Shown here one piece after another: positions 44,934 through 53,777 of a DNA stretch of 64,000 nucleotides. The position numbers and the translations under genes are program-made. This DNA is from Alphaproteobacteria bacterium (lineage in GTDB: Bacteria; Pseudomonadota; Alphaproteobacteria; UBA9219): positions 3,860-67,859 of the forward strand of contig JARLJD010000138.1 of the NCBI GenBank assembly GCA_031291395.1, read 5' to 3'. Position 1 is the stretch's first letter; each line of letters opens with the position of its first letter. The notes below the pieces were generated by a model. The model had not been told where the DNA came from. It ran no database searches and was given only the letters and a program-made list of their open reading frames with translations.

Positions 44934-46817
44934 CTAAAAACTTGATTGCCCGATTCTTGTCATATCGACATTGCGGCGCAGTTCGTCGAGGCTGGTTTCT
45001 TGGCGCAGGACTTTGGCGATGCCGTCGGCGGACATGGGACGAAATCCTTCGTACGCTGCCTGTTTGCGCAAAGCCGACTGTGGCGCGTCGTTCGCGATCA
45101 ATTCATCCATTTGTGGCGTGATGCGCAGAATCTCGGTCACGGCGCAGCGGCCGCGATAGCCTGTTTGGTTGCAATGATCGCAACCTTTGGCCTCGGCAAT
45201 CATCAGGGGGGCGTCGATTGATATTTGCGCCTCAGCAAATTCCTTGTTGCAAAGAGCCGCACGGACTCCCTCTCCCCCTTCTTGGGGGGAGAGGGTCGGG
45301 GTGAGGGGGGGGTGAGGGATATAACCACAATCGCCCCCCTCACCCAACCTTCTCCCCCCGGTGGGGGGAGAGGTCTTTGCTCCGCGCAAAATCTCCATTT
45401 CCTGAACCGTCGCCGTTCGCGCGCGTTTGCATTTCGGGCATAGCTTGCGCACCAGCCGTTGCGCCACAATGCCGCTGATATTCTCTGCCATGATACGTGA
45501 GGACAAACCCAAATCGTTTAACCGCGGCAGCGCGCCGAAAACATCGTTGCAGTGCAACGTCGTGAAAACCTGATGCCCCGTCATCGCCGCGCGCAGCGCC
45601 ATTCGCGCCGTATCGTCGTCACGCACTTCGCCGACAAAAATAATGTCAGGCGCTTGCCGCAAAATGCCGCGCACGCCTTCGGCAAAGGTCAGCCCTTGCT
45701 GCTCCTGAATGGCGGTTTGGCGGATCATCTCGAATTGATATTCGACCGGCTCTTCCAACGTCATGATGTTGACTTCGACGGTGCTGAGCCGTTTCAGCAT
45801 CGCGTAAAGCGTCGTCGTCTTGCCGCTGCCGGTCGGCCCCGTAACCAAAACAACGCCTTCAGGCCGTTCCAGAATCCCGTCAAGTTGCGTCAAAGCCTTT
45901 GCGTCATAGCCCAGCTTTTCCAAAGGCAGCAAAGCGCGGCGGTGATCGAGGATGCGGATAACAATATTTTCGCCCTGAACCGTCGGCATCACCGCCATAC
46001 GGAAATCGATGTCCGCGCTGCCGATTTGCATGTGGAAACGCCCGTCTTGCATGCTGCGCGTATCGGCGATGTTCATGCCCGCCATAATTTTCAGCCGATG
46101 CGACAATTCCGGCCAGTGCGAGCGGTGCAAAGCGTGTTTCTGCCTCAAAACCCCGTCCACGCGCACACGCAGGCGCACAAAGGAATTTTCAGGCTCCAAA
46201 TGAATGTCCGAAGCCCCTTCGCGCACGGCGTCCGTCAGGATGTTGTTGACGAGGCGAATGACGGGGTGTTGCCACGCCTCGCCTTCTTGCGCCAGCGTCG
46301 CTGCGACGCCTTCCAGTTCCGACAAAATAGCGTCGAAATCGACGTTCGTGCGCGCGTGCGCGTCGATCGCGTCCAGAATAGCCGTTTCGGCGGCGATCAG
46401 CGGGACGATCTCGATCTGGCGCGGAAAATAACGCCGCACTTCGTCCAGCGCCTTGATGTCGTGCGGGTCGGCCATCGCCAGATGCAAGACGTTTCCGTCG
46501 AACGCGACCGGCGCGGCGCGGCACCGCTCGGCCACAAGGCGCGGCAAGCGGCGCATCGCCTCGGGATCAATGTCGATATTCTTCAGTTCGACGGCGTCGC
46601 GCCCCGTATGCGCGGCAAGCGCGTTCGCCAGAATTTCGTCGTTGATGAAGCCCAGCTTGACCAAAGTCGCGCCCAACCGTTCTCCCCCGCGCCGCTGCTC
46701 ATGCAGGGCGATTTGCAGTTCGTCCTGCGTGATGAAATCGCCGCGCAGTAGACGTTCGCCGAGGCGAAGGGGCTTGTTTTTATCGCTGTCGTTGCGCAGA
46801 GCGGCGACTTTGCTCAT
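44934..46817 (-). CDS. type II secretion/type IV pilus assembly ATPase (GspE/PilB/MshE family) with tandem MshEN-type N-terminal motifs and an in-frame REP insertion in the C-terminal zinc-finger region
   Basis: 627 aa; RLGERLLRGDFITQDELQIALHEQ and RLGATLVKLGFINDEILANALAAH motifs; Walker A GPTGSGKTTT; CPKC ... CDHC tetracysteine split by the peptide [32 protein letters not shown]. Confidence 0.85.
   Translation of the reverse strand: MSKVAALRNDSDKNKPLRLGERLLRGDFITQDELQIALHEQRRGGERLGATLVKLGFINDEILANALAAHTGRDAVELKNIDIDPEAMRRLPRLVAERCRAAPVAFDGNVLHLAMADPHDIKALDEVRRYFPRQIEIVPLIAAETAILDAIDAHARTNVDFDAILSELEGVAATLAQEGEAWQHPVIRLVNNILTDAVREGASDIHLEPENSFVRLRVRVDGVLRQKHALHRSHWPELSHRLKIMAGMNIADTRSMQDGRFHMQIGSADIDFRMAVMPTVQGENIVIRILDHRRALLPLEKLGYDAKALTQLDGILERPEGVVLVTGPTGSGKTTTLYAMLKRLSTVEVNIMTLEEPVEYQFEMIRQTAIQEQQGLTFAEGVRGILRQAPDIIFVGEVRDDDTARMALRAAMTGHQVFTTLHCNDVFGALPRLNDLGLSSRIMAENISGIVAQRLVRKLCPKCKRARTATVQEMEILRGAKTSPPTGGRRLGEGGDCGYIPHPPLTPTLSPQEGGEGVRAALCNKEFAEAQISIDAPLMIAEAKGCDHCNQTGYRGRCAVTEILRITPQMDELIANDAPQSALRKQAAYEGFRPMSADGIAKVLRQETSLDELRRNVDMTRIGQSSF
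45262..45376. repeat. REP/MITE family-1 copy inserted in frame within the GspE/MshE-like ATPase gene
   Basis: gactccctctcccccttcttggggggagagggtcggggtgaggggggggtgaggg ... cgcccccctcacccaaccttctccccccggtggggggagaggtc. Confidence 0.65.
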
Positions 46818-46820
46818 GCG

Positions 46821-47762
46821 TCACCACGTCGTATTGCATGCGCCGTTCCCGAACATGCTGACCAGCGCGTTGCGGTCGGCGTAGGCGAGGACGTCGTCGT
46901 AAGGATCGGTATCTCCTACGACGGTCATAGCGTCGACGAAATTCGCCGTGCCTGCGGCGTTACATTTAGGATAACCGCTATAGGCGCTGCAAGGGTTGTA
47001 GGTTGCAGATGATGGATTGTTTGGTGGCGATGGAAACGGCATTTGCCACCCTTGTTGGAGACTTGCAACATAAGAACCGTAGCCGGTCGAACCATAACTG
47101 ACGAAAATGACAGCGGCTTTCTGCGATGTGCCGTTTGGCGTCGATACAGTGATAGGTACGGCGTTGCTGGCCGCGCTAAGATTGTATTTGCATAGCCCTT
47201 TATCCGAATATCCGACCGGCGAACCGCTTTGCGCCGCACAGTACCCGCTGCTGTAATCGGCGGTTGTGCAAAGGGCGGTTGGAGGAATAAATATATAATT
47301 GGAACAGGAGTTGCTCGCAGTCCCGCAATTCGCGGGGTTTGTCAGCGCCGGATCAACTCGCATCGTGATCCAGTGTCCCCAGCCGTCATGCGCGGTCGAT
47401 GCGGGAAGGCCGAGGGAGACATAAGGCGGAATGCCTTCGGGCGACGAGCAGATGCCGCAGGCATTTGGCGTCGGTTTGCCGCTGGTATTTATTATGTAAC
47501 TTGTTTCTGTCCCAAAACCGGTTCCGCTCGTAGCGGCGGGGCAGGGGAGGCAGCCGTTGGCCTGAACATAAGCCGCGGTCGCCAGCATCAGGCTGCGCAG
47601 GTTGCTTTGCGTCAGGGACAGTTGGTTGGCGGAACGGACTGTGTTCAGCGCAGGTAGAACCGTCAGCATCACAAGCCCCATAACGACCAAAACCACGGCC
47701 ATTTCGACGAGGGTGAAGCCAGAGCGCGATGTATCGTCTTTGGAACAAAAAACGACGGTCAT
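46821..47762 (-). CDS. large Cys-rich prepilin-type protein (type IV pilin/pseudopilin-like, class III signal); ORF extends to 48044 through a REP
   Basis: MTVVFCSKDDTSRSGFTLVEMAVVLVVMGLV prepilin leader with G/FTLVE cleavage-methylation motif; 14 Cys in the mature region; GGAGAGGGG RBS comes from the adjacent REP. Confidence 0.6.
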   Translation of the reverse strand: MTVVFCSKDDTSRSGFTLVEMAVVLVVMGLVMLTVLPALNTVRSANQLSLTQSNLRSLMLATAAYVQANGCLPCPAATSGTGFGTETSYIINTSGKPTPNACGICSSPEGIPPYVSLGLPASTAHDGWGHWITMRVDPALTNPANCGTASNSCSNYIFIPPTALCTTADYSSGYCAAQSGSPVGYSDKGLCKYNLSAASNAVPITVSTPNGTSQKAAVIFVSYGSTGYGSYVASLQQGWQMPFPSPPNNPSSATYNPCSAYSGYPKCNAAGTANFVDAMTVVGDTDPYDDVLAYADRNALVSMFGNGACNTTW

Positions 47763-47968
47763 AGCCCCTCTCCGCCCGCCCTTGCGGGGGGAGAGGGGAG
47801 ATGCCGACGTTCGAGCAAGAGCAAAAGGTTGAATGGGGTGAGGTGGGTGGTCGAGGGCGTGAATAATCTTCGGAACCCACCTCACCCCTTTCGTTCTGCC
47901 GCTCTTGTCCCGCGTTCTGTCCCTCCCCTCTCCCCCCGCAAGCGCGGGCGGAGAGGGGTTATCAGCGC
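47763..47968. repeat. REP/MITE family-1 long variant abutting the start codon of the Cys-rich pilin gene
   Basis: near-identical to the 20578 copy (gaatggggtgaggtgggtggtcgagggc ... cccacctcacccc; outer gcccctctccgcccgcccttgcggggggagagggg). Confidence 0.6.
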
Positions 47969-48028
47969 CGTTTCCGTTGTTGAAGAGCAGGGGGCTTTCC
48001 ATAATTGTTTTTCCAGCCTTTGCCTTCC

Positions 48029-48688
48029 TTACATCTGCATGCACATCGTATAAGTCTTTGAGGAGTCATAAGTAGCGGCGACGGTGCCATTTACAGCTTC
48101 GCCGACAGTACCCGTTGAAATCATCGCTTGAATCGATCCACTGTTGCTAACTCCGTCATCAAGGCGCGAGTCAATGGCTGACGCCGCATCCCCTGGCACA
48201 CCGTTGAGGCATAAGACGTTGGTTGTAAAAACTCCGTTGAAAGCGCCGTGCTGGAATCCATAAATACCTCCAAACGGATTAACTGGCTGGCTGGCGTCGG
48301 TTCCCGCGCCTTTGACAAGTCCTGCGGCGCGTAAATCCGCCCACAACAAATTGGTTTCTGCGTAATTTTCTGTGCCACTTGTTGTTGGCGTATTGTCGAA
48401 GGAGCCTTCAAGAGTGCCGTTGCCATTTCCGCTTGCGGGTATGCCGGCACTCGGAAAACGTGTCGTCGAAGCAAGCGCGTCGTCGCCCGGCATCGCGCCA
48501 TAGTTTTGCGTATAGGTTTGGAACTGCGCTTCATAAGCCTGAATGGAATTGATCACGTTCGTGACCTGCGCGTTTTGCATGATCTGCCTGCCGGTCAGAA
48601 CGCCGCCGATGATCAGGCCGATGATGACGAGAACGATCGAAAGCTCGACCAGCGTAAAACCGGCATTGCGTTGCTTTTTCCTTATCAT
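48029..48688 (-). CDS. type IV pilin-like protein (prepilin-type N-terminal cleavage/methylation domain); ORF extends to 48919
   Basis: MIRKKQRNAGFTLVELSIVLVIIGLIIGGV; GGAGAAAACAG RBS; Gly/Thr/Asn-rich C-terminal domain; 13 bp after the secretin gene. Confidence 0.7.
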   Translation of the reverse strand: MIRKKQRNAGFTLVELSIVLVIIGLIIGGVLTGRQIMQNAQVTNVINSIQAYEAQFQTYTQNYGAMPGDDALASTTRFPSAGIPASGNGNGTLEGSFDNTPTTSGTENYAETNLLWADLRAAGLVKGAGTDASQPVNPFGGIYGFQHGAFNGVFTTNVLCLNGVPGDAASAIDSRLDDGVSNSGSIQAMISTGTVGEAVNGTVAATYDSSKTYTMCMQM

Positions 48689-48701
48689 CTGTTTTCTCCG
48701 T

Positions 48702-50492
48702 CTAGAGGGTGGAATCGGAATCGTCGTCGTTATCATTGGCGGAAGGTTTGGCTGGAGCGCTGGGAATCTCCATCGGCCTTGGATCGTTGTTGTAATGCTG
48801 GTAAAGTTCGCTATCGGCTTTGTCGGGCGCGGGTTGATCCGCGATCGTGGCGCGCAGCAGGATGACAAGCTCGCTGGTCTTGCCTTCGTTGTCGCGCGAC
48901 TTGAACAGATTTCCGGCATAGGGAATGTCCGCCATGCCCGGCACGCCCTGATCCGTGTTGATCGAGCTGTCTTGCATCAAACCGCCCATGATCGCGATCT
49001 CGCCCGAGTGAAGCTGGATCACGGAATCCATCTCGCGCACCGCCAGAACCGGAATTTGCGATTGGACGGAAGTCGTCACGCCCGCGACGGCCGCGTTGAG
49101 GCTAATCGACGGATCATTGACTTCCCCTACCACGCGCGAAATTGTCGGGCGCAACGTCATTGTCACCCGATTGTGTTCCGCGTCGATGGAAGGCTGCACC
49201 GTCATCACAAGCCCGACCGGAACCGTGCGCGGGGTGCTGGTGTAAATCGGATTGGTAGTGATCGACGCGCCGCTGGCGTTGGTCGTGGTCGTGAATTGCG
49301 CCTGCGTGACGAAATAAACCTGATTGGTGGCGACTTTCATCACGGCGGTTTGATTGTTCAAAACGGTGATCCGTGGCGCAGACAAAACCCGCGTCGTGCC
49401 GAAAGTCTGAACCAGATTGATCATGCTGTTGAAACTGGTTCCCGTGACGCTGGCGGTAAAAACGCCGTTCGCGTTCAACGCCGCCTGCGTGCCGAAATTG
49501 GAAGCGATGCCGACCGTGTTTTTGAATACCCCATTCCAATCGATGCCCGATTGATAGCCGTCATCCAGCTCGACCTCGATGATCCGCGCGTCGATCAAGA
49601 CTTGCGCGTCGGCCTTACGGCGCAATTCCACGAAATATTTTTCGATAGCTTGCTGTTGCTTCTGAGTGCCGTAAACGGTGACCATGCCCGCTTGCTTATC
49701 GATGCTGAAATTGGCTTTTCCGTTCGATTTGCTCTCCCCCGCGCCCAAAATCTGTGCGATCGATTTTTCCGTTTCCGCCCAGAAATCGGCGTCGGACGTG
49801 CCGGAAACTTTGGCGGTCGAATTGTTCTCGGTCGAGGTCGAGCCGAGATTGCCGTTACCCGACGCGCCTGATGTCGTGCCGTTCGCGCCGACATCGACAT
49901 CGAACACATTGGTGGCAATAGAGGTATTGCTGGATGTTTTCCGCGCGAGGCTAAGGTAATCGAGGCGATAGGATTTCTGATAAGGATCGTCCGGTTCGAT
50001 ATGGATGAACGCGCCGTCGATCGTGTAACGCAAATTCGCCATAGTGCAGACGCGTTTCAGGATTTGCCCGAAAGGCTGATCGTGCGCGGTAAGGATGACG
50101 CTGCCTTGCACGCGCGGGTCGAGCTCAAGGTTCGCGCCCGTTTTGCGCACCAGCTCCATCAACACGTCGCGCACGGGGACGGTGTCCGTGACGGTCACGC
50201 TGACCCGTTTATCCAAAAGCGGATTTGATCCAACCGCATCGGATTCCTCTTCCGGCATTTTGGGAATGGGGGGGATGGAGGTTTTTTTTTCGGCTTCGGC
50301 CGTATTGGGCTTCTGGCGGTTGCGCAAAGCCATATAATCTTCGCGGCTCAATCCGCCCGTAGGGTCGATATTGCCAGTTGTCAAAAGCCCCGCCGACGGC
50401 GTGCAGCCTTGCACGATCAACAGGGACAGAATTAAAAGTATCAGATGAGGAAGAAGCCGCAGCTTCATGGGAATTAACAAAAAGTTAACCAT
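48702..50492 (-). CDS. secretin (GspD/PilQ family) outer-membrane channel lipoprotein
   Basis: 596 aa; lipobox LLIVQGC; secretin N domain; C-terminal secretin core VLIDARIIEVELDD ... GGLMQDSSINTDQGVPGMADIPYAGNLFKS ... VILLRATI. Confidence 0.85.
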   Translation of the reverse strand: MVNFLLIPMKLRLLPHLILLILSLLIVQGCTPSAGLLTTGNIDPTGGLSREDYMALRNRQKPNTAEAEKKTSIPPIPKMPEEESDAVGSNPLLDKRVSVTVTDTVPVRDVLMELVRKTGANLELDPRVQGSVILTAHDQPFGQILKRVCTMANLRYTIDGAFIHIEPDDPYQKSYRLDYLSLARKTSSNTSIATNVFDVDVGANGTTSGASGNGNLGSTSTENNSTAKVSGTSDADFWAETEKSIAQILGAGESKSNGKANFSIDKQAGMVTVYGTQKQQQAIEKYFVELRRKADAQVLIDARIIEVELDDGYQSGIDWNGVFKNTVGIASNFGTQAALNANGVFTASVTGTSFNSMINLVQTFGTTRVLSAPRITVLNNQTAVMKVATNQVYFVTQAQFTTTTNASGASITTNPIYTSTPRTVPVGLVMTVQPSIDAEHNRVTMTLRPTISRVVGEVNDPSISLNAAVAGVTTSVQSQIPVLAVREMDSVIQLHSGEIAIMGGLMQDSSINTDQGVPGMADIPYAGNLFKSRDNEGKTSELVILLRATIADQPAPDKADSELYQHYNNDPRPMEIPSAPAKPSANDNDDDSDSTL

Positions 50493-50645
50493 AACGAGGA
50501 AGCGCGAACTTTTATTACAAAATACGGGTGTGTGTCAAATTTATTTGCGACAAGTGTAATGTTTCAATTAGAAAAGGAAGAAAAATAGGGGAGAAAAGAT
50601 ATATACCCTTCTTGTTTGCAATCCCTTTCGTGAAAGGAAAACATC

Positions 50646-51368
50646 ATGTCAGGACAATTTTTCACAAAGCAGGCACAGGAAAACTCCCTGTCCAACCGCA
50701 TCTTATGGTGGGCATTCGGTATAAAAATCGGTTATCTGGACAATATAGACCCGCAGTTTCTGGCGTCTCAAAAAGATTTCTGGATGTTGAGCAAAGATTT
50801 TTACACGCTCGCGCAGGTTCGTAAAGCTGAATGGGTGCAGAGATTCAGCAATCCCGATCAAACAACAACGCTGGTTGCCGTGGATCATCTAAGCCCGAAC
50901 ATGGCTTCTGTTGCGACGATGGATCCTTACAAAACAACGGAATTACAGAAAAATGATTCTAACTGGATGGTTAAACGCCTTCAAGAGATCATGGCGCCGG
51001 TTGTGAAGGGGACGCCCGAAGATCAAAAACAAGCGTGCATGGAACGCAATAAATTGTTGGGTCATTCGAGGCTGCCTGCGCAAGTCGTTATCGCCGGAGA
51101 TAATGTTCTTTCGCTTCAATTTTACACAACCAACCCCATGCGCGGCCCTTTGTTTGGCATCAAGGCCGATAAGAGGAGAGGGGGGCTGGCGCGCGCTATC
51201 TATGATTATGGGGTTGGGATTATTCAAAAAGTCATTTGCGGCGAAACGATTGAACGAAAGAGCGAAGACGGCACGACCCAAGAACCGATTGTTTTGTCAC
51301 CGGCAAGAAATATGTGGGGAGACGATTTGTCTCATGTGAAAGAGGATTTGCGCGCCAAACTTGGCTGA
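50646..51368 (+). CDS. hypothetical cytoplasmic protein in a low-GC segment, divergent from the secretin gene
   Basis: 240 aa; no signal peptide, no motif recognised; AT-rich coding sequence and an AT-rich 150-bp divergent promoter region. Confidence 0.5.
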   Translation: MSGQFFTKQAQENSLSNRILWWAFGIKIGYLDNIDPQFLASQKDFWMLSKDFYTLAQVRKAEWVQRFSNPDQTTTLVAVDHLSPNMASVATMDPYKTTELQKNDSNWMVKRLQEIMAPVVKGTPEDQKQACMERNKLLGHSRLPAQVVIAGDNVLSLQFYTTNPMRGPLFGIKADKRRGGLARAIYDYGVGIIQKVICGETIERKSEDGTTQEPIVLSPARNMWGDDLSHVKEDLRAKLG

Positions 51369-51386
51369 GCAAACGATTGGCGGCAT

Positions 51387-52151
51387 TTATGAGCCTGCGC
51401 TGTCATTGGCGTGGGGATAACTCACGCTCCACAAACATAAACCCTGCGCCGGAGCCGTCGGGCCGCCCTTGGCGCGGTCGCAGGCGGCGAAAGCGGTTTT
51501 GAAATCGTCCAGCGTCAGGCGACCTGTTCCGACAAGACACAACGTGCCGGCCATATTGCGCACCTGATGATAAAGGAACGAACGCGCTTCGACCGTGACG
51601 ATGATTTCCTCGCCGTCTCGCGTCAGATCGCATCGATCCAAAGTCTTGACTGGCGAATTAGCTTGGCAATTCCGGGCGCGGAAGGTCGAGAAATCGTGAT
51701 GACCGATCAGAACATCCGCTGCTTGCTGCATTGCGCCAATATCCAGCTCATGCGCCACATGCCACGCATACTGATAGTGCAGAGCCAAAGGCGCGCGGCG
51801 ATTGATGATGCGATACCGATAGCTGCGCTTTAAGGCATCGAACCGCGCGTGGAAATTCTCATCGACCGGTGCGGCGTTCAGGATCGCGATTTTGTTCGGG
51901 CGCAAATAAAAATTCAGCGCGTCGCGAATGATGTCGCCGCTGGTTTCCTTATTCAGATCGAAATGCGCCACCTGCGCCCGCGCATGCACACCCGCGTCCG
52001 TCCGCCCCGCGACATGCAGCGTAACGATTTCTCCGGAAAACTTCGCAATCGCTTCTTCAAGCGTCTGCTGAACGGAACCCGCATTCGTCTGCCTCTGCCA
52101 CCCGCAGAATCCGGAGCCGTCATATTCGATCGTTAGTTTCCAGCGGGGCAT
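51387..52151 (-). CDS. truA: tRNA pseudouridine(38-40) synthase TruA
   Basis: 254 aa; MPRWKLTIEYDGSGFCGWQRQ, HVAGRTDAGVHA catalytic Asp motif. Confidence 0.9.
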   Translation of the reverse strand: MPRWKLTIEYDGSGFCGWQRQTNAGSVQQTLEEAIAKFSGEIVTLHVAGRTDAGVHARAQVAHFDLNKETSGDIIRDALNFYLRPNKIAILNAAPVDENFHARFDALKRSYRYRIINRRAPLALHYQYAWHVAHELDIGAMQQAADVLIGHHDFSTFRARNCQANSPVKTLDRCDLTRDGEEIIVTVEARSFLYHQVRNMAGTLCLVGTGRLTLDDFKTAFAACDRAKGGPTAPAQGLCLWSVSYPHANDSAGS

Positions 52152-52297
52152 AGGGAAAGGCCAAAGTCAATTTTTGAACGCCGAACCTGTTTACGATCTT
52201 GTCCGTCAGGCTGCAAGGCAAGGAAAAAGGCAAGGAAAAAGCTTGCGTTGTAGTCACAATGGGACTACAATAACAGCAACTGAAGAGGGGAAAGATC

Positions 52298-52567
52298 ATG
52301 AACGTCATTGCAGACACCTATGTTCGCGCGCGCATCGACGCGGGAACAAAGAACAAAGCCGCCGCCGCGCTCGGAAAAATGGGGCTTTCCGTATCGGACG
52401 CCATTCGCCTCTTGATGTTGCGGATAGCTGACGAAAAGCGATTGCCGTTTGAAGTCAAGGCGCCCAATGCCGCAACGCGTCGCGCCCTTTCGGAACTGGA
52501 TGCCGGAAAGGCGAAGGGCTTTACCAGCGTTGAAGCTTTAATGGCAGATTTGCATGCGGACGATTAA
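52298..52567 (+). CDS. dinJ: DinJ/RelB-family antitoxin
   Basis: 89 aa; RHH-type N-terminus; overlaps the downstream YafQ-like toxin gene by 14 bp. Confidence 0.75.
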   Translation: MNVIADTYVRARIDAGTKNKAAAALGKMGLSVSDAIRLLMLRIADEKRLPFEVKAPNAATRRALSELDAGKAKGFTSVEALMADLHADD

Positions 52568-52835
52568 TCGGCCGATCTCTTTCAAGAGAGATTTTAAGCG
52601 CGAGGCAAAGGGAAAGCACAGAGCCAATCTTGACGCTAACCTTGCGTCGGTTCTGGCGGCGTTGGCAACGGATGTTCCGTTGGAACCGCATCAACGCGAC
52701 CACGCTTTAGGCGGTCATTGGCACGGGTGTCGAGAATGCCATATTAAACCTGATTTGCTTCTGATTTATCGCAAACCGGACAGCGAAACATTGGAATTGG
52801 TTCGGCTTGGCTCTCATAGCGAACTGTTTGGATAA
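52554..52835 (+). CDS. yafQ: YafQ-type RelE/ParE-family mRNA interferase toxin
   Basis: 93 aa; [24 protein letters not shown] ... [24 protein letters not shown] typical of YafQ. Confidence 0.75.
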   Translation: MRTINRPISFKRDFKREAKGKHRANLDANLASVLAALATDVPLEPHQRDHALGGHWHGCRECHIKPDLLLIYRKPDSETLELVRLGSHSELFG

Positions 52836-53767
52836 GACGGAAGGCGCGTTCCCACCTTCAACCTCAATCCGCGCAGCATCGCATCTCCCGCCGTCGCCTT
52901 CCCGCCCGCCCTCTGTACCGACAAAAGACGCAAGGCTCCGTTGCCGCAGGCGATAGTAAATGTGTCGTCGAGCAAAGTCCCCGGCTCTCCCGTTTGCCCC
53001 TCGACGATTTCCGCCGCCAACAGTTTCACCGTCTCGCCATTCAGCAAAAAGAAACATCCGGGCCAAGGATGCAACGCCCGCAACTTCCGTTCGATTTCAA
53101 CAGCCGGTTTGTTCCAGTCGATTTTGCCGTCCTCACGCGTCAATTTGGTGGCATAAGTCGCGCCGGTTTCCGGCTGGGGCGTGGGGTGTAAGCGTCCTGC
53201 TGTCAAATCGTCCAACGCGCGCACGATCAAATGCGCCCCCACCTCTGCCAAAGCGTCATGCAGGCTTTGCGCTGTCGTCTGATCCGTAATCGGCACGCTT
53301 TCTTTCAGCAGCATCGCGCCCGTATCCAGCCCCGCATCCATTTGCATAATCGTGATGCCGCTTTCCGCGTCGCCCGCCAGAATGGCGCGTTGAATAGGCG
53401 CTGCGCCGCGCCAGCGCGGCAGAAGCGAGCCGTGAATGTTGAGGCAACCATACTTCGGCGCCGATAAGATCGCCCGCGGCAAAATCAGCCCATAAGCCGC
53501 AACCACCGCGACATCGAGATTGAGCGCCGCGAATTTTTCTTGTTCCAGCGGATCGCGCAAAGTTTTCGGCGTGCGCACCTCGATCCCCAAAGCTTCCGCC
53601 GCGCAATGCGCCGGAGTTTTCTGCACCTGATGCCCGCGCCCAACAGGTTTCGGCGGCTGGCAATAAACGGCGGCAATGTCGTATTGCGCCTGATGCAAAG
53701 CCGTCAGCGCAGTAACCGCAAAATCAGGCGTGCCCATAAAGGCGATGCGGAGAGGAGGGGGGGTCAT
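52814..53767 (-). CDS. fmt: methionyl-tRNA formyltransferase Fmt (start at internal Met; ORF extends to 53818)
   Basis: [32 protein letters not shown], def-fmt gene pair. Confidence 0.9.
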   Translation of the reverse strand: MTPPPLRIAFMGTPDFAVTALTALHQAQYDIAAVYCQPPKPVGRGHQVQKTPAHCAAEALGIEVRTPKTLRDPLEQEKFAALNLDVAVVAAYGLILPRAILSAPKYGCLNIHGSLLPRWRGAAPIQRAILAGDAESGITIMQMDAGLDTGAMLLKESVPITDQTTAQSLHDALAEVGAHLIVRALDDLTAGRLHPTPQPETGATYATKLTREDGKIDWNKPAVEIERKLRALHPWPGCFFLLNGETVKLLAAEIVEGQTGEPGTLLDDTFTIACGNGALRLLSVQRAGGKATAGDAMLRGLRLKVGTRLPSYPNSSL

Positions 53768-53777
53768 AGCGTCAACA

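Noticed and set aside
45552-46751. 399-aa plus-strand ORF overlapping the GspE/MshE ATPase gene
   Set aside because: Antisense shadow ORF. The minus frame has Walker A/B and tetracysteine motifs.
26231-47968. Possibility that the recurring GC-rich palindromes are a CRISPR array
   Set aside because: Copies are dispersed over the whole window at irregular distances and differ in length (35-200 bp). They are self-complementary nested palindromes rather than direct repeats with unique spacers, and no cas genes are present.
48543-49871. 442-aa plus-strand ORF overlapping the secretin and pilin genes
   Set aside because: Antisense shadow ORF spanning two genuine minus-strand genes.
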